From the NCBI GenBank assembly GCA_964016885.1, contig OZ024753.1, positions 11,904,001 through 11,968,000 on the forward strand: a stretch of 64,000 nt of DNA. Reading direction: 5' to 3'. Source of the DNA: Eledone cirrhosa. Lineage: Eukaryota. The stretch's first letter is position 1. Every line of letters starts with the position of its first letter. Below the pieces are notes generated by a model. That model was not told the DNA's origin, ran no database searches, and saw nothing but the letters and a program-made list of their open reading frames with translations. Positions 46,361-60,279 of this stretch are shown here, one piece after another. Position numbers and translations under genes: made by a program.

Positions 46361-46613
46361 GTACTAATAATGACTGAACACAAAGACGAAACAAAAATCT
46401 AATGAACACTAAATATTAACAATGCCAGACGCTTTGTTATCACTGTCTGTTTTCATACAAATATATTAGGTCTTTTGCAGGCGAATATGTTCATAGAAAT
46501 TTGATGTATTTTCAAGTAATTTTTCGGAGATGAATGAAAATTTCACGTTGAATCTTGTTTCATTTATACGAAATTTCACTGGTACTTTACATAGTCCTGT
46601 GACTCGGGGATAA

Positions 46614-46614
<1 letters not shown>

Positions 46615-46647
<33 letters not shown>

Positions 46648-46697
46648 GTATGTATGTATATATATATATATAGATATATATATATATATATGCATAC

Positions 46698-46744
<47 letters not shown>

Positions 46745-46783
46745 CATGCATACATGTATGCATTTATATATATACATGCATAC

Positions 46784-46817
<34 letters not shown>

Positions 46818-46852
46818 GCATACATGTATGTATTTATTTATATATATATATG

Positions 46853-46896
<44 letters not shown>

Positions 46897-46984
46897 CATA
46901 CATACATGCATACATGTATGCATATATATATATATATACATGCATACATGTATGCATATATATATATACATGCATACATGTATG

Positions 46985-47016
<32 letters not shown>

Positions 47017-47052
47017 CATGCATACATGTATGCATATATATATACATGTATG

Positions 47053-47091
<39 letters not shown>

Positions 47092-47429
47092 GTGCATACA
47101 TGTATGCATATATATATATACATGCATACATGTATGTATTTATTTATATATATATATATGCATACATGTATATATATATGCATACATGTATATATATATA
47201 CATGCATACATATATACATGTATATATATATATATATATACATGCATACATGTATATATGTATATATATACATGCATACATGCATGTATTTATATATATG
47301 CACACACGCATAGATGTATGCATATATGTATTTATATATATACATATATATGTATATATATTTATGTATATGGATGTATACACACACACACATAGACATA
47401 CATACACAAATGCATTCATACTTACATAG

Positions 47430-47470
<41 letters not shown>
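46615..47470. repeat. (TA)n with TACATGCATACATGTATG units
   Basis: Direct reading. Confidence 0.9.
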
Positions 47471-47472
<2 letters not shown>

Positions 47473-47731
47473 AGGATTGCTCATTGTCTGGTTTCACTAA
47501 TTAGGCTGAAGTATTGCTGGGGCTCCTCCTTTTGTGTAGCAGCTAGTTTACATGGCATAATCACATACACATGTTCTCACACAAACACACTTGCACATTC
47601 ACACACACGCTTTCACACGCACAACATTATATGCACTAGTTTAGTTACGAAAGATTGGCAAATTTGGAAACATTAAATGTGAGCGTCCGAAAGCAAATGA
47701 CTGGAATAATATTCCATAATTAGAAATAATA

Positions 47732-48112
47732 GTTTCTACTTTTGGCACAAGGCCAGCAATTACCTCAGGCATTTAACTGGTACTTATTTTATCGACCCCG
47801 TAAGGAGAAAAGGCAAAGTTAACCTCAGCGGGATTTGAACTCAGATCATAAAGGGGCGTCACTCTATGCTGCAAAGCATGGCGTCCGACCCTCTACCGAT
47901 ACTGCCAATCCACAATTAGAAATTTATTGTTTCTACTTTAGGCACAAGGCCAGCAATTATCCAGTGCATTACTGGTACTTTATTTTATCGACCCCGTAAG
48001 GATGAAAGGCAAAGTCAACCTCGGCGGGATTTGAACTCAGATCGTAAAGGGACGTAACTATGCTGGAAAGCATGGCGTCCGACCCTCTACTGATACTGCC
48101 AATCCACCGCCC
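47732..48112 (-). mobile_element. Two tandem SINE family 1 copies
   Basis: 47732-47912 and 47929-48112, flanked and separated by AATTAGAAAT(A/T) copies. Confidence 0.9.
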
Positions 48113-48162
48113 AATTAGAAATAATAGTAAGGAAAATTAGATGAAATATGTGTAGAGATAGA

Positions 48163-48845
48163 TCTTCTTCTGGTCGTGTCCACAAGAATGTCAGTTACAA
48201 AGCTCGGCTGACTGTGGTCCCGCCATAGATGAACACATTGCTGTCCTTTCTCATTAATCCCTCTCAAGTACAATTCTGTGCATATCAGGGTCCCTTAAAT
48301 ATCCCTATTTTGCAAGATTGAACTTTGCTCGTCCAACACCAGATCTTAGTCTGTTTAGGCATTTCCACACTGTATAGTTTTTATCTGCTCCAGTGGGCTG
48401 TGCTTTATTCGCGGTTAGCACCATTTTTGTTCATGATGGGAGGTTCAGTTTTTCTTCCCAGTCAGTGACTCTTTCACTACTTAGGCTTGATGTTTCAATG
48501 GTCGTGACGCTCTTTAGGGAACTTTTGCTAGATTTAAGGCAGCTTTTGGCTGGCAAATTGCCGAAGTGAGGATATTTTTTATCGGTAGATTGTTGTTGAT
48601 GCTCAGTCTTGCTTCCTGCACTTCATCGTATGGTGAGCCAATGCCAGGCAAAATATGCTGATTGTGTAAATAGGAAAATTTTAGACAGAAGCTCCTCGAA
48701 GAAAATATCCTGGTATGTCATCGTAAGGCATGATATTTAACCAGGATGCTGAATCACCGTCGGTCTCTGGATTCTCGTAGACGTCTCTGTCTAGAGGTTG
48801 CATTCTCCAAATATTTTGTGGTGTTGGCCTTATAGTTTGCTCATT
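48163..48845 (-). mobile_element. Decayed 3' part of a Vingi/Ingi-like LINE
   Basis: Minus translation PHFGNLPAKSCLKSSKS and VWKCLNRLRSGVGRAKFNLAK*GY; ends GGACACGACCAGAAGAAGA. Confidence 0.7.
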
Positions 48846-48890
48846 TGCGTGTGGCGCACATAATTAATATATAATCACGCACAAACTCAC

Positions 48891-49115
48891 AAGCAGACAC
48901 CCACTCAGAAGCAGGCACCCACTCAGAAGCAGGCACCCACTCAGAAGCAGGCACCCACTCAGAAGCAGGCACCCACTCAGAAGCAGGCACCCACTCAGAA
49001 GCAGGCACCCACTCAGAAGCAGGCACCCACTCAGAAGCAGGCACCCACTCAGAAGCAGGCACCCACTCAGAAGCAGGCACCCACTCAGAAGCAGGCACCC
49101 ACTCAGAAGCAGGCA
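48891..49115. repeat. 18-bp minisatellite AGCAGGCACCCACTCAGA, ~12 nearly identical copies, running into (CA)n to ~49420
   Basis: Direct reading. Confidence 0.95.
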
Positions 49116-49247
49116 TACACTCACACACACTCACTCACTTACACACACTCACACTCACACACACACACACACACTCACTCACTCACTCACTCACACTCAC
49201 TCACTCGCTCACACACACTCACACACACTCACTCACTCACACTCACA

Positions 49248-49288
<41 letters not shown>

Positions 49289-50105
49289 ACACACAGACAC
49301 ACACACACACACACACACACAGACACTCACACACAGACACTCACACACAGACACTCACACACAGACACACACACACAGACACACATACACACACACTCAC
49401 AGACACACACGCACACGCACACATATTTATAAAGGTGTGTGTGTATGTTTTTACTGAGAGAGAAAAAAGAGGAAGATATATATTGAGAAGTAAGAGTGAG
49501 TTTATCGAAAGCAATACACATGAACACCGTCGTGAATATATTACTGTGTTTATTTTCGTATTTCTTCATTTCACAGTCTGTAGAGGTCGACCTTACATCC
49601 AATCTCTCAATTTGCAGTTCTATAATGAGGGCGATTCAATTATAGTGAAACCCTCCTTTGCAAAATTTGTCTTTTTGAGTAGGCAAAAGTCTTACATATA
49701 CATAAATGTAGATTTGCTACTTCTTAAACATATGATATATATACACAGATGTATATACACACGAATGTATATATACATATATGTATATATATATGTATAT
49801 ATATATGTGTATGTATATATGTGTTTATATGTGTATGTATGTGTATGTATGTGTATGCATATATGTATATATATAAATGAATATGCATATATGTATATAT
49901 ATAAATGAATATACATATATGTATGTATATATATATATATATATATATAAATGAATGTATATATGTGTATATATTTATATATATACATTTGCATATGTGT
50001 GTGTATATACATTTGCACATGTGTGTATATGTATATATATATATATATACATGTATGTATGTGTGTGTATATATATATATATATGTATATATATACATTT
50101 GCATA

Positions 50106-50148
<43 letters not shown>

Positions 50149-51184
50149 TTGCATATGTGTATATATATATATATATATATTTGCATATATGTGTGTGTGT
50201 ATATATGTATATATATATATATATACATTTGCTTATATGCATATATGTATATATGTGTGTGCATATTCATATTTATATCTTTATATGTGTAGATGTTTGA
50301 GTGAGTCGAAGTGTTTTGTGCGGTGTTAAAATGAGCGTTTGTGAAGGCCTAGTGAAAATGGAACTGAAAATCAATAATGGAATACATAAAAGAATATATA
50401 TCATCAGTTGATGTTAACCACGCTAAAAATAATACATAAACAGTGAAACAGAATGGAACTCTTTTGTTGTGAGAAGACAGAGCGTCCACATGATACAAAC
50501 TAAAGGAATTCCATTGATCTTTCTTTCATATATAACCAAAATAATTCGTATTTCAGTAACTTGTGTTAGGAGATTGACTTTTTCTGACCATATATTGAAT
50601 TATATTGCCAAATACCTCACCACATCTTTTCTTTCTACTTTCGACAACTATGGAAAGTATTGAACTAATAATATGTCTGAGGTATTTAGTTGTATGTAAG
50701 TATTTTTGTAGCTGATGTATTGAAGCAGAACCTAAGAGCTGTATAATACTAAGGCGATTGTTCTCTGGCGATTCATCTGTTTACTACTAACGTAAAATAC
50801 GTACTAGCGTCTATTGTTGTTTCATGTCGATTGCGCCTCTGTCTACGTGAACCGAATAACGATTTCTTTTCAATAGGTAGAAGGCCAATTGCTGTGAAGC
50901 CGCCAATGTATTTATAGTACTTATAGAGTGAATATGAAAATATATAATATGCCTTGATGCCACCCTAATGAAAACAATGAATCTTATCATTAGCCCAAAA
51001 TTCTTCTTAAAAGTTACTGTTCAACATAAGAAAGCTACAGTTAAATAAACCTACCGAAGCTGCTACACGTATGACCGACTCCGAAATAGTCGGTTTTGAT
51101 GCAAACTTCATAATCACACAGCAATATCAACAAGTGCCAATATATCTTCCTTATTTTCAATGAATTCGACATGACATATAATGA

Positions 51185-51368
51185 AGGCGTGTGGCTGTGT
51201 GGTAAGAAAATTAGATTCGTAATCGTGAGGCAGTGGGTTCGATTCCTGGGTGATGCGTTATGTCCTTCCTTGGGCAAGGCACATTATTTCCCGTTGCTCC
51301 TCATATCTAGAGTTGCGACCGATAGAGACTATTAGCAATTGGAAAGACGAATGGAAACATTGTTTCCT
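51185..51368 (+). mobile_element. tRNA-derived SINE family 2
   Basis: A-box TGGCTGTGTGG, B-box GGTTCGATTCC, CORE-like CCTTGGGCAAGGCAC. Confidence 0.8.
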
Positions 51369-52036
51369 CGGTCCGGTTTGACGAAAGTCGATCGACTGTC
51401 GATATAATGAAAGAAACATCATTAATATTGTAGTTAAGATTTTTGGTTGAATTCGTTTTTGTCTTAAATCCAGCGGAGTGTTATAATCAAATCCAACGAA
51501 ATACTACATAGAATTTTGATCTTGTCTGTCATTAAGTATAGTGATTTAACTGTCATTAAGTATAGTGATTTAACACAAATACATATAACCTATGTCATTA
51601 CTTTTAAACGACTTCTACTCCAATTTGGTCTAACATGTGTGTAGTTGTTTCGTCAACAGCTCGAGGTAAATGATATATCACACACACATACACACATACA
51701 CACGTTGACACCCACACACACGTTCACACACACACATTCACTCACTCACTCACACACACACACACACACACACATACTTTCACACACACACACTCACAGA
51801 TATATTTCCATTTCATTTTCTCCGTAGCAATTAACCCTCATCACTTTATTTCTCAGACAATATAAAAGGATTATAGAATGTTTGAGGTGACCTTTTCATG
51901 TTAACCTTATGAACCTACTCTTCCATGCCGGCTTGTTGGAAGAGAGCGTTAGTAAGGTAACGCAAACACCAGTGTTTTTATTGTGACACCATCACTAGGT
52001 GGATTGTCAACCAAGACTCAGAGAGACTCCACTCAC

Positions 52037-52153
52037 CCTCATTAAGAGAAGCTATTCTGCGCCAGATCTTAACTTGGTACCTTAACTTTTGACTGCTCTT
52101 CGAACTCTGCTGCTGGTGATCGAACTTTGTGGGATCACATGTTGATGGGCAGT
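52037..52153 (-). CDS. Candidate internal host exon (117 bp, phase 1-1), product unknown
   Basis: Minus strand: pyrimidine tract, CAG acceptor, one open frame CPSTCDPTKFDHQQQSSKSSQKLRYQVKIWRRIASLNE, then GG|GTGAGT donor; no recognised domain. Confidence 0.35.
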
Positions 52154-53240
52154 CTGCAACTGGCGTTGTTTAGCGTCACAAAACAAAAGTAAAGAAAGAA
52201 AAAAAGGATATCTACTTTCCAAGTAAACATTCCTGCTATTATTATCTGAAAATTCTCAGAAATACAACAGATTTCTTATCAATTAGGATTTATTGCTCTG
52301 GTTCGACGATCGGAAGGCTTCATTTGGTCGCTTTTATCACCGGTATTTCAATAGCTATTCAACTGTCTGTATCGTTAAAAAGATATTTTGAATGTAAAAA
52401 CGATTGAATATGTAAGTAAATGGAAGGAACCTTTCTTCGTATCACGTCACTAAACAACTCTGGCTGTCAAAGCAGACATAGTATTCATCTATAATATATA
52501 TAAATACGGAATTTCGTGACATTGTTTGAAAGCGATTCTATGAAAACTAACTTTACGCTGGTAACTCATTATATATTATTCGTCGTAATAAATTATTTAT
52601 TCCGCAAAAGATGGTATTATTAAAAGGTGCCGAAATTGCCATTAACAGATTATGCATTCAATCTAGACTTACTTAAATGTTATGTAAAAATATCTCAATC
52701 TGATATGAAAGCAATATAGTCTATATAAAACTTAGGCAGAAATAGTTATTAAATGCATCAAATATTATATCAAAAATGAAATTAAAATGTAGATAGTTCC
52801 CGTATAAATTATATAATAGGAGTTTCATGAAATATTTACAATAAAACTTAAACTCATTTAGTTCACTCCACTAGATTTACAACTTCTACTACCTGAAGAC
52901 CAAAACTAATTCAACCAAACATCTTGGCTACAATATTAATGAGGATTATTTCGTTATATATCAAGTCAAATTCATTGAAGATTGCTACTTGTTGACATTG
53001 CTGTGTGATTATGAAGTTTGCTTCAGAACCGACTAATTTGGATTCGGTCATATGTGCAGCGGCCTGGGCAGGTTTATTTAACTGTAGTCTTATGTTGAAC
53101 AGTAACTTGTAAAAAGAATTTGTGAAACGGAAACGCACATACGCACACTAATACACATTCACGCATTCATACACACACATATTCACACACATATTCACAC
53201 ACACAATCACACATATAAATAAATATATATATATATATAT

Positions 53241-53425
53241 AACAAAGATGGTGTGGTAAGATATCAGGTGGAGCATAACGTACCAGAGTACTCAATACTT
53301 AGGGTAGTGGAGTGGGTAATAAGAAAAGAGTCAGGAGCCCGGCGGCTGAGCTCCGGCCGTTTCGACAGTTTGGATCTAGCTGTCGAAAAGGCCGGAGCTC
53401 AGCCGTCGATGTCGTGACTCTTCCC
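53241..53425 (-). mobile_element. Family B fold-back element, third copy (centre partly deleted)
   Basis: Arms ~53326-53368 / ~53380-53422, bounded by (TA)n; homologous to 41686-41887. Confidence 0.8.
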
Positions 53426-53446
53426 CCTCCCTATATATATATATAT

Positions 53447-53692
53447 ATATTGTTATACTTGGGGAGGGTCATATTTGCGTAATATTGCCAGAATCAATGG
53501 CAACATTGAGGACCGAGAAAGTTAGATCGCAGATATAAAAGACAGCGAGAAGCGAAAACCAACCAAACAGTGAGTGTGTTCTGTTATTAATTCTGGCAAT
53601 ATTACGCAAATATGACCTTCCCCAAGTATAACAATATCTGTTTCGACACACGATTTCATATAAAAAACCTCGCTAAACTAATTCATCGCCGC
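53447..53692 (+). mobile_element. Family C fold-back element bounded by (TA)n
   Basis: 48-bp arms 53447-53494 / 53590-53637 (1 mismatch), ~95-nt spacer, ~55-bp tail. Confidence 0.75.
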
Positions 53693-54052
53693 TATATATA
53701 TATATATATATATATATAGTCTGTTTAGAAAGTTGTACAATGCGACTCGGTTAGATTGCCAATGTAATGATTTTGATCTGTAGCAGAGAAGAAAATAATA
53801 TTCTTATGGGTCTATTATAGGTTGTTTCCTATCACCTGATCTAGTCCAGAGACCAGTGACCAGTTTTTAGGGCTCAACGCGAACAGATCGATTGATATTG
53901 TAGTTATGTTTTTTTGAGCAGTTAATTATTTAGGCAGAATTTAAGCAAGCTACAATAAAATGTACTTTTGAAAGTATAATAGGTGCAATTATTATGTGGT
54001 GTTTATGTTCGTGTGAATTTCCTAGGCTGACTTCATTATTCCTTGAAGTATC

Positions 54053-54209
54053 GGTGGATTGGCAGTATCGGTAGAGGGTCGGGCGCCTTTATGATCTGAG
54101 TTCAAATCCCGCCGAGGTTAACTTTGCCTTCCATCCTTACGGGGTCGATAAAATAAAGTACCAGTAATGCACTGAGATAATTGCTGGCCTCGTGCCAAAA
54201 GTAGAAACA
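54053..54209 (+). mobile_element. SINE family 1 (internal deletion) with 18-bp TSD
   Basis: ATTATTCCTTGAAGTATC at 54035-54052 and 54210-54227. Confidence 0.9.
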
Positions 54210-54327
54210 ATTATTCCTTGAAGTATCCATAACATGAGATAAGAATTAGCCTACGGTAAAAAGATGTTAACGGTATTCGCAATATGCAGTGCACAAGATG
54301 GAAATTTAATTATTAGTAAATTTAATT

Positions 54328-54457
54328 CGATTAATGATCGAACCCGACTCTGGAATCGGAAGCTTCTCAGATATGTGTTAACCTGTAAACTCGAGTCTAC
54401 ATGTTAACACATATTTGAGGAGCTTCCGATTCCAGAGTCGGGTTCGATCATTAATCG
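54328..54457. repeat. 130-bp spacerless palindrome (65-bp arms, 4 mismatches)
   Basis: Centred on CTC|GAG at 54392/54393. Confidence 0.9.
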
Positions 54458-54550
54458 ATCGTTCCTTGAGCTGATCGATAGTGAAACATGTGTAATTAAA
54501 TAGGTATGTTATACAACACTGGTTCTTTGTTCCCTTATATTGTTGATATT

Positions 54551-54736
54551 GGTGGTGAATTGGCAGTATCGGTAGAGAGTCGGACGCCATGCTTTCCAGC
54601 ATAGTTACGTCCCTTTACGGTCTGAGTTCAAATCCCGCCGAGGTTAACTTTGCATTTCATCCTTACGGGGTCGATAAAATAAAGTACCTGTAATGCACTG
54701 GGTTATTGCTGGCCTTGTGCCAACATGTAGAAACAG
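54551..54736 (+). mobile_element. SINE family 1
   Basis: Full consensus match; approximate TSD T(G/A)TTGATATT. Confidence 0.9.
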
Positions 54737-55390
54737 TTATTGATATTCTGCGCTCCAAGTGCATAGAGTGCTCGTTCGGTATATTACATATATGGTTATC
54801 TGTGAAATGTTTGTCTATTAGAACTAGGAATGTTCTGAAACAGTTAGTTGAACCATTCTGCGAGAAGGGTAGTGTGAAGCAGTTGATCTTTTGGGTTCTA
54901 TATCATTTCGATTCTATTGGTCTAGGCCTTTAAGAAACTGCTTGCCTATAGAAGATTTTACAGATAATTATCACTTGTGCCCAAATTACTGTTTCTGCAA
55001 CGGTGTAGCAATATATTTGAGATGAAGCATATAGTAATATTTTTCTCTCTGTAAACGTCTAAGATTAGTTGTTTTATATGTGTGCATGTTTAGTGATGTG
55101 TGTAAATGGGTGTTTACATTACTGATACTCATATGAGAGATACTTCCTTCGAAGATTTATTGAGTAATTCTCTGTTAGATCGATCTTCTTTTGATATCAC
55201 ATACGATGGTTTGTTGCAATAGAAAATTTCTTTATACTGACACGCGCACAAAACACATTCAAAGTGCCTGACACACATGTCCCTTTAGACCCAATGCCTG
55301 AATAAATGGCTTATTTTACCCGCTTCCTATGTAGTAATATATTACTTTCAGGGGTTAATGTCCATATATATATATATACACACACACTCA

Positions 55391-55437
<47 letters not shown>

Positions 55438-56288
55438 TTGATTGTAGAAGTATTTGTAAAAAGAACATTTTTCAAAGGCATGTGTTTAGAATCATTTCTA
55501 TAATCGCAGAGATCCATCGAAACTGCAATAAAATTATCATCAATGTTTAAAATCAAAATAGAGTATGGTAATTTTTTTCTAATTTTTTTATTTTCTTTCT
55601 TTTGGTATCGATTCGGCATAAAAAATATCATATATGATACTATCTCTGTGAATGGGAATCTTTTATGTATTTCTTGGTTCTGATTTAATCGGTGATTTCG
55701 CTTTAATTTCAACTATATAGCAATTATAACGAGCACTTGTTTTCTGACTTCTGCGATCTTTAACTTCTCTTTCAGCTCCTTGGAATTTTCTCCATATCGT
55801 TCTTGATTCTCCTTTGCCCTGATTCAATCGCACGGCAACACTATTTGTTATTTGATTTTTTTAACTTTCTTTCATTCAATATTTCAGCAAATCTGAAGCA
55901 TGGAATCATCTTTCGATAATCTTCTTATAAATATTACCTTATTTACATATCATTTCCAAAAGTGTGCATACTTTTAATATTGTACTATGTGGAGTATTGT
56001 GCGTAGAAACTGTAATATGACACTGTAATATCTACATTCATGCACTAGTTTTGAGAATGTCTTTCCCCACATAGGAAGCCATTGATATAAATGAAAACGA
56101 TAGCAGCACCAAAGTAACTGAATCCTCATGATTCCTATTGAAAAAACAACTATACAGACACTTGATCTGCTAAGGTTAGCAACAAGATCACCCTAGAATC
56201 GCACTCATTATCCTATTAAATAACAATATGCATGTATGACTGACTCTCCTAACATCGGAAACGTTATATTTACGTTTTATTTACGTGA

Positions 56289-56320
<32 letters not shown>

Positions 56321-56553
56321 TAAACGTATATACACACACATATATATATATATATAAACGTATATACAGACATATATATATATAAACGTATATACAGACA
56401 TATATATATATAAAAGTATATACAGACATATATATATATATATAAACGTATATACAGACATATATATATATATATATAAACGTATATACAGACATATATA
56501 TATATATATATATAAACGTATATACAGACATATATATATATATATAAACGTAT

Positions 56554-56587
<34 letters not shown>

Positions 56588-56699
56588 CACGTATATACAT
56601 ACATATATATATATAAACGTATATACAGACATATATATATATAAACGTATATACAGACCTATATATAAACGTATATACAGACATATATATATATAAACG

Positions 56700-56731
<32 letters not shown>

Positions 56732-57015
56732 AAGGTATATACAGACATATATATATATATATATAAAGGTATATACAGACATATATATATATATATATAT
56801 ATAAAGGTATATACAGACATATATATATATATATAAAGGTATATACAGACATATATATATATATAAACGTATATACAAATATATATATATATATATATAT
56901 AAACGTATATACAGACATATATATATATATATATAAACGTATATACAGACATATATATATATATATATATAAACGTATATACAGACATATATATATATAT
57001 ATAAACGTATATACA

Positions 57016-57058
<43 letters not shown>

Positions 57059-57067
57059 GTATATACA

Positions 57068-57108
<41 letters not shown>

Positions 57109-57117
57109 GTATATACA

Positions 57118-57154
<37 letters not shown>

Positions 57155-57199
57155 GTATATACAGACATATATATATATATATATATAAACGTATATACA

Positions 57200-57264
<65 letters not shown>

Positions 57265-57316
57265 GTATATACACTCACATATATATATATATATTTATGT
57301 GATATGAGATATCCCA
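56289..57316. repeat. (CGCA)n + minisatellite AAACGTATATACAGAC(AT)n, flanked by a 14-bp direct repeat
   Basis: Roughly 30 units; TTTTATTTACGTGA at 56275-56288 and 57317-57330. Confidence 0.9.
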
Positions 57317-57627
57317 TTTTATTTACGTGATATCTTAACATTCACTCCTATAACAGATCTCATGTCTCAAGCAAACTAAGCACTCAGTGTTACCCGGGTT
57401 ATATAACATGCCTGATATCTAATAATCCAGAATTCTTTGTCATTTCCTTTCCTTTCCGTTAAATTAGTGCAATCTACTATGGCCACGAACATAAGAAAGA
57501 TAGCATGGCCCTGTTCTAAATACATTCAAAGTTTGCTCATTATTATTGTAATTGACATGTTGTTCCTGAAATGATGATTTAAGTAATCCGCAATGAATTA
57601 AATTGATAGAACCCCAATTTATTTACA

Positions 57628-59525
57628 GCAAACATCTTAAATGATATACTGCTCACGTAATATATTGAGGGCAAACATCTTAAATGATATACTGCTCACG
57701 TTTTGTATTGAGAGCAAACCTCTTAAATGGTATACTGCTGACGTAATATATTGAGCGCAAACCTCTTAAATGATATACTGCTCACGTTTTGTATTGAGAG
57801 CAAACCTCTTAAATGATATACTGCTGACGTAATATATTGAGCGCAAACCTCTTAAATGATATACTGCTCACGTAATATATTGAGAGCAAACCTCTTAAAT
57901 GATATACTGCTGACGTAATATATTGAGAGCAAACCTCTTAAATGATATACTGCTGACGTAATGTATTGAGAGCAAACCTCTTAAATGATATACTGCTGAC
58001 GTAATATATTGAGAGCAAACCTCTTAAATGATATACTGCTGACGTAATATATTGAGAGCAAACCTCTTAAATGATATACTGCTCACGTAATATATTGAGA
58101 GCAAACCTCTTAAATGATATACTGCTGACGTAATATATTGAGAGCAAACCTCTTAAATGATATACTGCTGACGTAATATATTGAGAGCAAACCTCTTAAA
58201 TGATATACTGCTGACGTAATATATTGAGAGCAAACCTCTTAAATGATATACTGCTGACGTAATATATTGAGCGCAAACCTCTTAAATGATATACTGCTGA
58301 CGTAATATATTGAGAGCAAACCTCTTAAATGATATACTGCTGACGTAATGTATTGAGAGCAAACCTCTTAAATGATATACTGCTGACGTAATATATTGAG
58401 AGCAAACCTCTTAAATGATATACTGCTGACGTAATGTATTGAGAGCAAACCTCTTAAATGATATACTGCTGACGTAATGTATTGAGAGCAAACCTCTTAA
58501 ATGATATACTGCTGACGTAATATATTGAGAGCAAACCTCTTAAATGATATACTGCTGACGTAATATATTGAGCGCAAACCTCTTAAATGATATACTGCTG
58601 ACGTAATATATTGAGAGCAAACCTCTTAAATGATATACTGCTGACGTAATATATTGAGCGCAAACCTCTTAAATGATATACTGCTGACGTAATATATTGA
58701 GAGCAAACCTCTTAAATGATATACTGCTGACGTAATATATTGAGCGCAAACCTCTTAAATGATATACTGCTGACGTAATGTATTGAGAGCAAACCTCTTA
58801 AATGATATACTGCTGACGTAATATATTGAGAGCAAACCTCTTAAATGGTATACTGCTCACGTAATGTATTGAGAGCAAACCTCTTAAATGGTATACTGCT
58901 GACGTAATATATTGAGAGCAAACCTCTTAAATGATATACCGCTGACGTAATATATTGAGAGCAAACCTCTTAAATGATATAATGCTCACGTTTTATATTG
59001 AGAGCAAACCTCTTAAATGATATAATTGTTTCTACTTTAGGCACAAGGCCAGCAATTACCCAGTGCATTACTGGTACTTTATTTTATCGACCCCGTAAGG
59101 ATGAAAGGCAAAGTCAACCTCGGCGGGATTTGAACTCAGATCGTAAAGGTACGTAACTATGCTGGAAAGCATGGCGTCCGACCCTCTACCGATACTGGCA
59201 ATCCACCGCTTAATGCTCACGTTTTATATTGAGAGCAAACCTCTTAAATGATATACTGCTTACGTTTTGTATTGAGAGAAAACCTCTTAAATGATATACT
59301 GCTCACGTTTTGTATTGAGCGCAAACCGCTTAAATGATATACTGCTCATCTAATGTATTGAGAGAAACCTCTTAAATGATATACTGCTCATCTAATGTAT
59401 TGAGAGCAAACCTCTTAAATGATATACTGCTCATCTAATGTATTGAGAGCAAACCTCTTAAATGATATACTGCTCATCTAATGTATTGAGAGTAAACTTT
59501 ATACTGCTGTTGTAATATATTGATA
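57628..59525. repeat. 43-bp tandem satellite, ~39 units
   Basis: Unit GCAAACCTCTTAAATGATATACTGCTGACGTAATATATTGAGA, no unique spacers, interrupted by a SINE. Confidence 0.95.
59027..59209 (-). mobile_element. SINE family 1 inserted into the 43-bp satellite
   Basis: Near-consensus full-length copy. Confidence 0.9.
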
Positions 59526-60279
59526 GCAAGTCACTTAAAGGATTTACATACTCTATAAACTGATTTACGTTTGTTCGAAACTGTAATTCAAATAATCTCC
59601 CTAAGATTAATTCTTCAACATATGTCAGTCATTTATTACGAGTTAATGCTTCGGTATGTGTTATAAAATTACTTATAACTAACCGAACAATATATTTCTC
59701 GGTATTTATTGTAATCGATTTAATCGGGTATTTATCCCTTCTCTATAAATATGTCTCCTTAAATACAATTTACAATTCATTAAATGTGTTCATTCAATTG
59801 AATATTCGAATATTTTAATGCAGTTGTACGTATTACTATGTATTAGGTAATATGGCGAACTATGTCATCTCACAACTGGTTTTATTGCATCGCAGAAGAC
59901 ATTTCAATTGTTTTAATAGGGCAATATTATTAATTTAATACATTATTCCTTATAGAAGAGAGAAACTTATATTTCTCCAGATTGCGAAGCAGTCGTATTT
60001 CTTGGAAAGATACTCCATATATTCTTAGTAAAATACGAATCACTTAAATATCCTCTTTTCTACATCTTTGCAATAAAGTGTTTATTTCACCACAGTTAAT
60101 ATAATAACGATGTCGATCATTAGCCATAATGGATCCTGATTGAACCAATATATGGTCAAAGGTTATTGAAGCTCGAAGCAGCCTGTCTGTTGATGGTTAT
60201 ATAGTAATATATTTCCCGGTTATTTTCCTTCTAAACATGGTTAGCTGCAAATTGTCAGCAAACTGTCAGCAATTTCTAC

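Noticed and set aside
52287-52411. Plus-strand exon candidate ending at GTAAGT
   Set aside because: Stops in all three frames and a weak acceptor
57628-59525. 43-bp array as a CRISPR locus (likewise 40005-40348, 48891-49115, 62136-62418)
   Set aside because: Contiguous units with no unique spacers, no cas genes, eukaryotic context
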